Positions 20,242 to 32,581 of a DNA stretch of 64,000 nucleotides are shown piece after piece (the stretch's first letter is position 1; every line of letters begins with the position of its first letter). Source of the stretch: Macrostomum lignano (lineage: Eukaryota); contig NIVC01000530.1 in assembly GCA_002269645.1 (NCBI GenBank), positions 62,001 to 126,000 on the forward strand. Reading direction: 5' to 3'. A model generated the notes under the pieces. It had not been told where the DNA came from. It did not search any database and saw only the letters and a program-made list of their open reading frames with translations. The position numbers were made by a program, and so were the translations under genes.

Positions 20242-20934
20242 AATGGGATCTATTGGACAAAAGCATAAAATATAAGAAATATGTGTAAAAAAACATTCTC
20301 TGCTAAAAACATAAGAGAAAAAAAGAAACAACATAGTTGATTAAAAAATAATAATAAAAGAGAGAGTATTAGATACTTATAAAGCCAAAGAAAGAGAATA
20401 TTTAAATTGCATGCAAAGCAGATCTGACACTAGATATAGGTAGGGCCTATGTCATACTGGCCTAGTAAAATTTAGGTTAGGCAATAGGATAGTTAATTTA
20501 GCTAAGGCTTGAATTTAAATATGGGTATCAATTTTTGAAAAAGCACAAGGCTTGCTCAAAAAAATCATATTTTTTGTATTTTTCTTCTTTTTTCTTCATT
20601 TTCTTCATTGTATTTTTCTTCATTGCCACCCTATTGAGTTTGCATAATTTAATGGGTCTATGAACTTTGCTAGCAAGAAAGTTGTCAATGGAGAAAATTT
20701 CCAGCAAGATAGAAAGGTACTAGCTTAGAATTTCAACAGCTTATAACAATTATAAATCAATGATAAAAGCTAAAATATATGAAATACATTTATTTATAAG
20801 ATTAGGCTTTCATAAATACCTGTACTTTAAATTTTAAATGAATATATTACATGTACTTAAGCTTTAATATTTGATTAATAATTGTAAAATTACACAGCTG
20901 CTGAAATTGAGCTGATACATTCCTTGCTGCAAGT

Positions 20935-21435
20935 TTTCTCTGCTAGTAACTTTCTCAGCTGGCAACCTTCTTGGTTGGTAACATTCTTGGCTGACAACTT
21001 TTTTGGTTGGTAACTTTCTCAGCTGGCAACTTTCTCAGCTGGCAACTTTCTTGGCTGGCAACTTTCTCAGCTGGCAACTTTCTTGGCTGACAACTTTCTC
21101 AGCTGGCAACTTTCTCAGCTGGCAACTTTCTCAGCTGGCAACTTTCTCAGCTGGCAACTTTCTCAGCTGGCAACTTTCTCGGCTGGCAACTTTCTTGGCT
21201 GGCAACTTTCTCAGCTGGCAACTTTCTCAGCTGGCAACTTTCTTGGCTGGCAACTTTCTCAGCTGGCAACTTTCTTGGCTGGCAACTTTCTTGGCTGGCA
21301 ACTTTCTCAGCTGGGAACTTTCTTGGCTGGCAACTTTCTTGGCTGGCAACTTTCTCAGCTGGCAACTTTCTTGGCTGGCAACTTTCTCAGCTGGCAACTT
21401 TCTCAGCTGGCAACTTTCTCAGCTGGCAACTTTCT
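20935..21435. repeat. 16-bp minisatellite (CTGGCAACTTTCTCAG / CTGGCAACTTTCTTGG)n
   Basis: Direct reading. Confidence 0.95.
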
Positions 21436-21589
21436 TCGTTTCTTGGCTGGCAGAGTTCTTGCTCCATAATTTAATTTATGTGTTTGTTCCCAATCCTATT
21501 AACCTTTCTGAATCATTTATGAATGATTGCTGTAAATGATTAACTGTCGCCTGAACTTTTGCTTAATGATTTATTGATAATAATAAAAA

Positions 21590-24500
21590 ATGGTACTAAA
21601 CCTGGACCCCTGCCACGTGCAAGTGCTGCACTGTTCGCACTGCCAATTCCTGACCCTGTCAGTCAGCCGGCTGCTAGAGCACTGTCACACGCACAGGCAG
21701 GCATCCGGGATAGTGTTCTACCAGTGCGAGGCCTGCGGCCTGGTTGGCACCCATCAGTCGCTGCTAGTTGAGCACGCCAGAGCTTGGCATAGGGATGTGG
21801 AGCCGGTGCCAGTGAAGATTCTATCCCGGTCAACTGTTAGCAACGAGGCGCTGGTCACTAGCGCTTGCGCATTCTGCGATTTCACCTGTTCAGACGACCT
21901 GAGCGAAACTAATAATACTGAGCCGAGCCTGTCTGAGCACTATCAGACTCAGCACAATGTGAAAAATGTCACCGTTGGCAGCGGCTCCGGTGTGCGGACT
22001 CAGCCTCGGCTTCATCACGATCAGGCCCGGCCGGAGGGCGATCCGGACCTTGGCGTGGCCGCGGCGCCTTGTCAACAGAATCTTCGCCTTCAACATCAAC
22101 GTCTGAGCCTTCGACATCGGCGGCCTCGACGGAGTCTTCGTCTGGGCGATGTTGATGATGAGGAGGATGATGATTGCGTAGTTGGGGACATGGAAGATGA
22201 CGGTCGCGCTGACGAGACTGGTGTCTCGCATCACCGTCGGGGAGCTGGCGAAAACGGCGTTGCTGTCAGCGATCAAGTTGAAGACGAAGATTTTGCGATG
22301 GCGACGGTCGGAGTTGGCGACACTGCGGCGATGCGGAACTCGTCGACCGAGATTGCCGACTGCTTGCTGCCCTCGCATGGGCTGGTGAGACTGGGGATTG
22401 TGGGCTGTGTCAGACTGGGGATTGTGGGCTGTGTCAGACTGGGGATTGTTGGCTGTGTCAGACTGGGGATTGTGGGCTGTGTCAGACTGGGTATTGTGGG
22501 CTGTGTCAGACTGGGGATTGTGGGCTGTGTCAGACTGGGGATTGTGGGCTGTGTCAGACTGGGGATTGTGGGCTGTGTCAGACTGGGGATTGTGGGCTGT
22601 GTCAGACTGGGGATTGTGGGCTGTGTCAGACTGGGGATTGTGGGCTGTGTCAGACTGGGGATTGTGGGCTGTGTCAGACTGGGGATTGTGGGCTGTGTCA
22701 GACTGGGGATTGTGGGCTGTGTCAGACTGGGGATTGTGGGCTGTGTCAGACTGGGGATTGTGAGCTGTGTCAGACTGGGGATTGTTGGCTGTGTCAGACT
22801 GAGGATTGTGGGCTGTGTCAGACTGGGGATTGTGGGCTGTGTCAGACTGGGGATTGTTGGCTGTGTCAGACTGGGGATTGTGGGCTGTCAGACTGGGGAT
22901 TGTGAGCTGTGTCAGACTGGGGATTGTGGGCTGTGTGAGACTGGGGATTGTGGGCTGTGTCAGACTGGGGATTGTGGGCTGTGTCAGACTGGGGATTGTG
23001 GGCTGTGTCAGACTGGAGATTGTGGGCTGTGTCAGACTGAGGATTGTGGGCTGTGTCAGACTGGGGATTGTGGGCTGTGTCAGACTGGGGATTGTGAGGG
23101 GATTGTGGGCTGAGTCAGACTGCGGATTGTGGGCTGTGTCAGACTGAGGTTTGTGGGCTGTGTCAGACTGGGGATTGTTGGCTGTGTCAGACTGAGGATT
23201 GTGGGCTGTGTCAGACTGGGGATTGTGGGCTGTGTCAGACTGGGGATTGTTGGCTGTGTCAGACTGGGGATTGTGGGCTGTGTCAGACTGGAGATTGTGG
23301 GCTGTGTCAGACTGAGGATTGTGGGCTTGTCAGACTGCGGATTGTGAGCTGTGTCAGACTGTAACAGCCACTGTGTCAGGCTTACAATCACTGTGTCAGA
23401 CTGTTACAGTCACTGTGTCAGACTGGTACAATCACTGTGTCAGACTGTTACAGTCACTGTGTCAGACTGTTGCAGTCACTGTGTCAGACTGTTACAGTCA
23501 CTGTGTCGGACTGTTACAGTTACTGTGTCAGCTTAGTCATCATTGCCCCCCGATTTGTGTTGCAGACGCTGACGCTGGTGCCCGACGGTCCACCGCCCCA
23601 ATCCTCGGCCACCATCGACTATTCCGACACCGCGGACGCCGACAACGACCCTGTTGAGCTGCCCGACGATGAGGCTGAGTCGTCCACCACCGCCTCCGTT
23701 GGCCCGTTTGGCGCCGGCCAAGGCAGCGGCGGCGGCGCCGGGGGAATCGGCTTTGGCGACGATGACGACATCGAGACCGACGACACTCTGTCCGTGTCGC
23801 ACAAGACTTCGCTGTTGGCCGATTCCGTCGACGGATCGACGCCGCTGACTGTGCCGCCGCTGCTACGATATTCCTCCCGGCCATTGCCGGCGACTACACA
23901 GGCAGCGGCGTCATCTTCATCGACGTCGACATCGAGGCATTCGACTCGTCGGCCTCCGCTGCCTCAGCTGGCGTCGTTAGCTTCACCAATGGATGATTCG
24001 AGCAGCAGTCTGCTGGCTGAGGACAGCGTACTGTACGCTGCGAGTGGTGAGCAGTGGCTAGCGGGATCTGTGATCTTCCTTGTCTAGCATAACACTACTC
24101 AAAGTTAAATGTATAGCTCTTATTTATACTTGTACTAGACCAAGCTTTACCTGTACCAGAGCGACCCTAAACCTGTACCAAAGCAACCCTAAACCTGTAC
24201 CAGAGCAACCCTAACCTGCTTGTACCAGAGCAACCTTAGACTTGTACCAGAGCAACCTTAGACCTGTACCAGAGCAACCCTAAACCTGTACCAGAGCAAC
24301 CTTAGACTTGTACCAGAGCAACCTTAGACCTGTACCAGAGCAACCCTAAACCTGTACCAGAGCAACCTAACCTGCCTGTACCAGAGCAACCTTAACCCTG
24401 TACCGGAGCAACCCTAACCCTGTACCAGAGCAACCCTAACCCTGTACCAGAGCAACCTTAACCATGTACCAGAGCAACCCTAACCCTGTACCAGAGCAAC

Positions 24501-27500
24501 CTTAACCCTGTACCAGAGCAACCTTTACCATGTACCAGAGCAACCCTAACCATGTACCAGAGCAACCCTAACCCTGTACCAGAGCAACCTTTACCATGTA
24601 CCAGAGCAACCCTAACCCACGGACTACTTAAGTAGAAGGACGTAACACTCTAAAATGGTGCAAATTTTTTTGAAGGCCGATTTTTCAAACTGCTGCCATT
24701 TTTTTTTCTTTGCAGATAAAGAGCTGATTCTTTCACCAGGTTGTCCAGAATTTATTCCAGTTTTATATAAAATATTAGTTTGTAGCTTTAAAAGCATTTT
24801 TGCGGAATAAAAGTACAGTAGAGTACATGTACCCCTAGAAATTCCAAAAGCTACGAAGCTAGGACACTATGAAGATGATCCTACTGCTCTTTAAAAGTTA
24901 CTCAAGATGACTAATTACTCAGAACTAGGCATATATTCATTCTCTACACAGTAACAAAAAAACAACGCAAAGACAATCGCATCCTGCAGACCTGCTGTAG
25001 GAAGCTGTAGCGAAAAGTTTTGTATAAAACTTGAAAGAAATAAACCTAGAGAATAATAAGTGATTTGTATTTACAAACTACAATAAACATGTAAATAATA
25101 ATTTCAAAAATGCAAAACGAAAACTTCTAAAACTTTACAAAAACTGTAAAGCACAAGCTAAACGATCTCTACTACAAGCAATAAAGCACAAAATGTAGCT
25201 GGCTAATTGCAGCCTGCGATCCTGAACTGAAAAACTGAAAATTCTAAATTGTCAATACTTAAAAACCATCTTTCGCTCAATAAATAAAAAAATATGTTTT
25301 TCTATGCTACATAGTCAAAGTATTATGCAAAACAAACTCCTAAAACGCACAACAGAGAAAAACAGCACAAAGAAACAACCTAGCTCACACGAACAAAGGA
25401 AGGACATAAAGGCCTTGATCTTAAACTAGAAAACACGGAATAGAAATATCAAAAACGCTTAAAAATATAACAAAATACTAGCGATGTAAGGACCATTTTT
25501 GCCACAAGAAAACTGGAAAATGTTGCGAAGGTATTAACTAGTAAAATAGTAACTAGTAACCACAAATAACAGGCTGCTTCCATAAATATTCATCTGAATC
25601 CTGGTCTTGTCATTCCTAGAATTCTGATCCAAACATCTTATTCTCGATCACCTTAACTAAATAACGTAACTAAAGAAACTGGTTGTAGCGCAGAAACAAT
25701 AAACTTTAAGCAATTTCAGCGCAATACACTTTAACTGCGCGGAGTGCTAAAATACATGTAGCGCTACAGTGGCAATTATGGCAGAGACCAAGATTAACTT
25801 GCATTATAAATACTGAACTACTCAGCCTGAGGGCACAAGCTTTCGCAAGCGCCGCTGACTTGAATCGGGCGGACGTCCATCAGCCTGTGACTCGCGTCGC
25901 ACCAATCCTTTAAAGAAGGTATTTGCTAGACGCCTAGATACGTGGGTCAATTGCCCCGACTGCAGCTGGACATCCATGAACGCATCGAAAACAATTAAAA
26001 AGACAGACCGGCAGTAGTTGACGCAACGAGGTGTTGCAGCGTTGAAGTAAGCGTAGCATAGGCAAGCAAATACCACCAGCCACTCAGGAGGGTGACACAG
26101 CTTCCCTCGTGAAAGAAGCGAAGTGAATTCACTGCTACAGGCTGGTTCGTAAACCGTAGCAGCCTGACAGTCGAGCTTTTCCTTAAAGGCCACGTAGCCA
26201 CTGATAAAATATAGCGCTGCATTCTCCGCATCAGAAATGTTGTCGGACAGTTGTGGGAGATTGTCAACAATTTTCCAGTCTCCCTGCGAAATTTCAGCAG
26301 AGCAACAGGCCAACGGTTGATGGTCGTCACAGACTAACTCCAATTTACTGTAAAGTTGCATTCGGCGTAGCCGCGCACTGGCCAAAATTTGATCAACGGA
26401 TATATAATAACACCCGCGTGGCCTTGCCGATAAATAGAAAACTCTCCCTCAAGCCGGTCAGTCTGCAGCTCACCTAAAATTTTTTGAAGTTAGTGCCTGG
26501 GTATGCAGGTCATATTTATTGAGTGTCAATTTATTATGGCAATAACAATACCAAAAAATTCCCGTAATGTTACGGGAAACAGGGAGTAGTGAATAATACT
26601 ACGTACCGAGCAACACGTACGAAAACCCTACTTTCATCAGCAAATGTCTAGACAAATCAGCCAGGCCGTTCGCAGTCTGATGGATAGCTTTGCGTGTCTC
26701 AGTAGTCAGCGATCGAGGGCGGCTAGCACCCCTACCACCTGGCATGCGATCAACGACAGCTGCAAAACTGAGCAGCTCCTGAATTGCACTTGAGTTGGTG
26801 CTGCTAATTGGGGCTCGCCGAATGTCATTCAGACGAATGTGGGACTCTGGTGACTTTACGTTTACAACTGTCCAAAAGTTGAGAACGCGCTCGACGAAGT
26901 CGGCAGTCTCAGAATAGCCATTCAGCTGTAATGCTGCAACTGTTTTCTCGTGGAATACATCAAGCACCAGCGAAACTTTCTGTCTCTCAAGAGGAGAGGG
27001 GCGGCACGCGACTGGATTAAGACGTGTCGTCCGTACAATATGATTTCGAGAAGCTTCCTCAAGCCTGATGATTTCGTTCCACTTAGCCCGCTTGACTGGC
27101 TCTCCAATCACTGGCTGAAAGTCGATCTCACAAAAAGACTGCGTCAGCCAGTTGTTCCGGATGTTCTTCATCAAGTGTACTGGGTCGTACAGCAGGAACA
27201 GCGGCTGATCGGGATCAGCTGGATTCTTCGCCAACCAGGGAACAGCAGAATCCCCTTGCAACAGTTGGAAGCAGTTGCGATTGGTGAAGTGGTTGTCACA
27301 AATTAGACTGACAACTGTGCCCCCTAGCTGATGTATTAGTTGGACGAGATGCACTACTTGGTCGTACAGGAAGGCTGGTTGCAAGCTGTAAATGGGTATC
27401 AGCCGTGCAACATAAGCGGGACCGCCCATGAACGACTTTACCATCAGCGCCAAAACAGTACGAGCAATTTGACGGGGAGCATCCTCTGAATACCCAATGG

Positions 27501-30500
27501 TATGACAGCCACTGAATCGTAGCGACGGCTTGACATACACTTCATCGAATAGAATGATGCAGTACCGCTGCAATGGGCTACAGTTTTCAAGATGTGACTG
27601 CACAATCGACTGGCAGTCACTGTCTGACCCAACACTGCCAAGACCACCAATGTGCCGCTTGAGTGTAGATGGGTGAGGCAAACAGATGTACTCTCTCAAA
27701 GTTTTATAAGCTCCTCTCCCGGCAAAATAGAACCTGGCTGCAGTCATGATGTCCTCAGAAGTGTATCGGATTCCGTTGGGATTAAGCGAACTTAGTTTTA
27801 GCTGTCTGAGAAGAAACAACTGCTGAGGACTGTAGCTGGTTGAACCAGTAGTAGCTTGCAATGCCTGCAAATGGCTATCCAATTCAGCAGACTGAGTAAA
27901 CTCGGCATGCCTCACCCTATTCAAAACTGCCTCCAACTGGTTGAACCGCTCCATTCGGTGTTGAAAGCCAAGCAGATCAGAAATGCTGACAGGGGTATTG
28001 CGTCGGTGTGCTTCAGCTGCAAAGTTGCTTCAGATGGTAATAGACACCTCGACTGTTCGTTCAGTTACAATCATCAAGTTCACTCGATCTGACTTTTGCT
28101 GCACAAGCCAGTTGTCAGTAACAACACAGGCTAGTTTGGGAACCTGCTCAGTAAAAGTCTGCCATGAACTGATGCGGTCCTGAGCATTGAATTCTTCTAA
28201 TTCATCTGGAATAGCAGCTCGCTCGCTCAGAAGCACACAACGTTGAGAAACCTCCCTGGATGATCCTAAATATAAATTATGGTTAGTAACAATAGACCCA
28301 CATCCAAAAGGATATTATTAATGAATAGCATAGCATAAGTCAGATGAATCAGATCTTACTTGGCACAGTTTGGCGTACTGCACTGATAGGGACAGATGAA
28401 AAGATACTTGGAGGATCAACTGGTCGCAGAAAACGCTTTACTTTTATCATCCGAGCATTTTCAGGCCAGTGTTGGGCACAAATCTTTTTTATTGTGGTCA
28501 CCTATGAAATTTAAATGCACACTTGCTTGACCAAACTTAATAATAGTGCATAAGATAATATATATATTATAACAACACATGTACCTTAACTGAAGTGGGC
28601 AAAGCCATCATCCAGGCATCACAATCTGCTTTGTCCTTTGGAAAGCTATAAACAGCAACCTTTGGACCAGTCAAATAGTTGCCTTTGCAGTTGGGAATGC
28701 CGCACTTAAATGGCATTAACAATGGATAGCTGTAATAATAGGTGATAAGCTGATAAAGATAAGCATAAGCAGTGAGTTAGATTTCTCAATTGAAGATGCA
28801 AAATATAACATTGATTAGGCCTAAAGACTAGGGTGGAGTAGGCCCTAGGATAATTTGGTTAAGGGAAATCTTTGTCCAGGGAAGAAATGTAAGCAATTGA
28901 AATCAATATATACAATATCTATAAATACATAGTTCTTTGAAGTTATGGAATCCAAATGACAACACTTCTGCAATTGACTAAAACTACCCTTTTAATTGCA
29001 AAAACAAAAGTAGGCTAGCTTATACTACTAGATAGGCCTACCCACCTTACTAGGCCTATATAGGCCCTATTTAATTTTATTTAAAAGTTTGAATCTCATT
29101 TTTATCTGACAGAGTCACTCAGATTAACATGAACTATTTCCTAAAATGGCATACATAGCTAAGTTTACTTACAAATTTAAAGTTAAATAGTGGATTATGA
29201 TTTACAAATCATAAAAGACATTTACATTTAGAAAATTTCATGTGTTTATTCTATCTCTATACAGGGCTTAGACCTTAGGTTTAATAGCATAGGTGGTACA
29301 CAGTAGACATGTATTTTGAATGCCTACAACAGCTGTATCAATGAATTTCAGTGGATGAAACCACTTATTAGGGAACTTGGTTGGAGTATGGATATATAAA
29401 TATAATTGAGTATGGGCCTATATTATGAATGAGTGTCCATTCTCAAACTTAGCATATTGTTATCATGTTTGTATGACATGAGATATGCTATGGCAATACA
29501 AATTTAATTTTTTTATTAGAGAGATTTAATATAGAAGGCCTGATATGCTAGGCCAGGCTGGCTATAGTTTAGCTAGCCAAAGTGCATATATAGGCCCCCC
29601 CCCTAGTCTATGTAATTTCATGACTACGTCAAAATGTGATAAAACTATATCTATAGAACGTTTTCGCGACTAAAACATAATAGAAACCAATAGAACAGGG
29701 TCTTAAAAGTAAAATGTTAGATGGGTTTTTTTGAAGCAGGCTTAAATCAATTACAACAGGCTTCTGAATATTAAAAACGTGAAAATTTGCTGCCAATGTA
29801 TTTTGCGGTGAAAATCGGACTTCAAAAAAATTTCCACGAAATCCGAGTGTAACGTCCTCTATCTACTAGTGGTCCTTGCCCTAACCCTGTACCAGAGCAA
29901 CCTTTACCATGTACCAGAGCAACCCTAACCCTGTACCAGAGGAACCCTAACCCTGTACCAGAGCAACCTTTACCATGTACCAGAGCAACCCTACCCTGTA
30001 CCAGAGCAACCCTAACCCTATACCAGAGCAACCTTAACCATGTACCAGAGCAACCCTACCCTGTACCAGAGCAACCTTAACATGTACCAGAGCAACCTTA
30101 ACCCTGTACCAGAGCAACCTTAACATGTACCAGAGCAACCTTAACCCTGTACCAGAGCAACCCTAACCCTGTACCAGAGCAACCTTAACCATGTACCAGA
30201 GCAACCCTAACCCTGTACCAGAGCAACCCTAACTCTGTACCAGAGCAACCCTAACCATGTACCAGAGCAACCCTAACCCTGTACCAGAGCAACCCTAACC
30301 CTGTACCAGAGCAACCCTAACCATGTACCAGAGCAACCCTAACCCTGTACCAGAGCAACCCTAACCCTGTACCAGAGCAACCCTAACCCTGTACCAGAGC
30401 AACTCTAACCCTGTACCAGGGCAACCCTAACCCTGTACCAGGGCAACCCTAACCCTGTACCAGAGCAACCCTAACCCTGTACCAGGGCAACCCTAACCCT

Positions 30501-31088
30501 GTACCAGAGCAACCCTAACCCTGTACCAGAGCAACCCTAACCCTGTACCAGAGCAACCCTAACCCTGTACCAGAGTAACCCAAGCTCATACTAACCGCAT
30601 TGTCTGCCCAATCGCACCTCTCCAACCCCGCAGGCAGGCACATGAAATGCGACAAATGCGAGATGGTATTTGGCAGCGCGAAGGCGCTCAACCATCACCA
30701 GTCGAGGGCGCACGGCACCAGAGAGGAGCTGTGCTGCGCCGAGTGTCGCACAAGATTCGCCAGCACGTTCAGCCTTCAAGAGCACACCCTGCTAGTGCAC
30801 GGCCGCATCGTTGAACTGTGGTGCTGCGACGTGTGCCAGCGCGTGTTCACCCATCTGAGCTCGATGCGTCGGCACAAACGATTGGCCCATTCGAATCAGA
30901 AGCCGATTCACTCCTGCGGTCAGTGCGGCATGGTGTTCTCCCGCAAGGACAAACTGCTCCTTCATCATAGGCGTCACATTCCCTGCTCTATGCAGCCGCC
31001 GCCGACTGCGGATGCCGCCGTCAGGAACGCCGAGAAGCGAGCAGCTGCCGCCGCTGCTCAAACTGTCGCCAGAGAGGCGGCTAATTAA
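21590..31088 (+). CDS. C2H2 zinc-finger protein, three exons
   Basis: Exons 21590-22384, 23566-24046 and 30634-31088 are phase-compatible (0, then 1). Exon 1 has CxxC...HxxxH fingers, the middle is acidic and Ser-rich, and exon 3 has four fingers (CDKC, CAEC, CDVC, CGQC). The start codon is not certain. Confidence 0.8.
22385..23530. repeat. Two adjacent related minisatellites (24-bp GTCAGACTGGGGATTGTGGGCTGT; 22-bp GTCAGACTGTTACAGTCACTGT) filling ZnF intron 1
   Basis: The array starts at the GT donor at 22385. Confidence 0.95.
24150..24617. repeat. 22-bp satellite (GCAACCCTAACCCTGTACCAGA)n carrying a CCCTAACCCT telomere-like core, left part
   Basis: Direct reading; the same array resumes at 29879. 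Confidence 0.95.
24618..29878 (-). mobile_element. P-element/THAP9-family DNA transposon (5261 bp) in ZnF intron 2
   Basis: Imperfect TIRs of about 33 bp (CACGGACTACTTAAGTAGAAGGACGTAACACTC versus the reverse complement CAAGGACCACTAGTAGATAGAGGACGTTACACTC) and an 8-bp TSD CCCTAACC (24610-24617 and 29879-29886). Confidence 0.9.
25822..28716 (-). pseudogene. P-element transposase with N-terminal THAP domain, four exons, disrupted
   Basis: Exons 28716-28585 (MPFKCGIPNC...SFPKD...W), 28501-28360 (ICAQHW...DPPSIF), 28265-26607 (LPHPSTL, ILFDEVYVKP, CDNHFTN, YDPVHLMKNIRNNW) and 26473-25822 (QTDRLEGEFSIYRQ). In-frame TGA at 28032-28030 and a 1-nt frameshift near 26405. Confidence 0.85.
29879..30580. 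repeat. 22-bp telomere-motif satellite, right part
   Basis: Same unit as 24150-24617. Confidence 0.95.
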
Positions 31089-31130
31089 TTTATTAATTCA
31101 ATTACTGGCTTTTAGAGCGCCTTTTTAGTT

Positions 31131-31184
31131 ACTAATTAGATGACGAGGCAAAATTAAATCAAATTTACTCCGGCCGTTTACCCG
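31131..31184 (-). other. Dispersed 28S rRNA-derived segment with the centre replaced
   Basis: ACTAATTAGATGACGAGGCA and TTACTCCGGCCGTTTACCCG are reverse complements of the two flanks of the conserved LSU segment around CTCTCTTAAGGTAGC (compared with the sequence as I recall it). Confidence 0.7.
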
Positions 31185-32581
31185 TTTATAGCAAGTCAAA
31201 AGTTGAGAAGGTTTATACAAACACTCTGGAGAACAGGTTAGTATCCTTTGTTAATAATTTACTTTTGCGTTTTTTACTTTCATTTTAGCCTTGCGGTTTG
31301 TTTGCGTGATTCCCTCAATATTGCAATAGTTAATCTGCATGGACTAATCCGCTTTTAATAACTATATGCGGCATTCTTGTTATTATATTATTTATACGTA
31401 CTAACAGTAGTATGTATATTTATATATCGCGTTTTGTTATCATTTTTATCTTGAAATTTAATACAATTGCTACTACTGCTAGCCTATTATTACAAAGCTA
31501 CTGTTAGTAATACACGTACTGTGGTCACCTTTTCATCATTTTGTTTCTTTTGTATACAATGTTCTATATGTATAAAAATTAACTCGTTTTGTTTAAATGA
31601 ATAATTCTGTCAGGATTTTGTTGGATTTTAGTTATAAATATTGTATTGTTTTAAATATTTATACTAGATAAAAATTTCTTTATTTACAATGCTTCATCAA
31701 GCATTCGATTGGTTTAATTTTGTTATTATGCATTCTTCTACTAAAATAGTGTGCATATCTCCTACTTATACCAGTAGGGATAGTTAGAAATTTTTCTCTT
31801 CAGCACCAAATTCTAGCATTTTTTGTTGCCATTGTGTGTACAGATGTTATTCTACCTGAAAATAATGTGATACGTGGATATAGTGTGAGCTAATGTTCAC
31901 AATTATTATTATATCCCTATATAGAATAATTAGAAAAAAGCAATTTGCTGCAATAATGCAATCATACTACTGCTCTACTACTGTCTCTCTGTGCTTGCTT
32001 TAACTAGCAGCGCTTAGTCGTCTTTGTTCCCCGTTTCCAGCTATGTACCGTGCCTGTCGCATTAAATGTTAAAATTATTCATTAAATTAGCACATTCTGT
32101 TTAGTGCTTTTTTGTTATTCATATTATTATATATCATTCTATTCATGAAAAATAAAATTCGCACCGATGCCTGGTCATTTCTTACTGGCGACTGAAAAAA
32201 GCAGAAATTTGAAGTGTCTTTGGTTTTTTGTCATTTTTGAGTTTAAAATATTTACCAATGCAATTATTAATGCTTAGAATATAGGCTAGCAGTGAAAGTA
32301 CGCTTACAAGTGGGCGGACTCTAAAAATTTTTAACGCGTGAAGTTAAAAAGTACGCGTGCACTTTTTTCGTACGCGTGCACTTTTTTAGTACGCGTGTAC
32401 TTTTTAGTACGCATGTACCAAGTTAAAGTACAAGTGTCAAGTGCGCAAGCACTAATTAAATACGCGTACATAACCTGCACCAAATACATGAGTGCGTGTG
32501 TACCTGAAATTCAAGTACATTAGCACTAAGTACAAGTATACGCTAAAGGTACGGTTAAAGTATGCGTGCACTTTTCAGCAG

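Noticed and set aside
21590-23113. 507-aa ORF as a single-exon protein with (VRLGIVGC)n
   Set aside because: The repeat begins at a GTGAGA donor (22385), and splicing to 23566 restores the ZnF frame.
24150-30580. A true telomere or chromosome-fusion site
   Set aside because: CCCTAA occurs only as part of a 22-bp unit; there is no (TTAGGG)n run or head-to-head junction.
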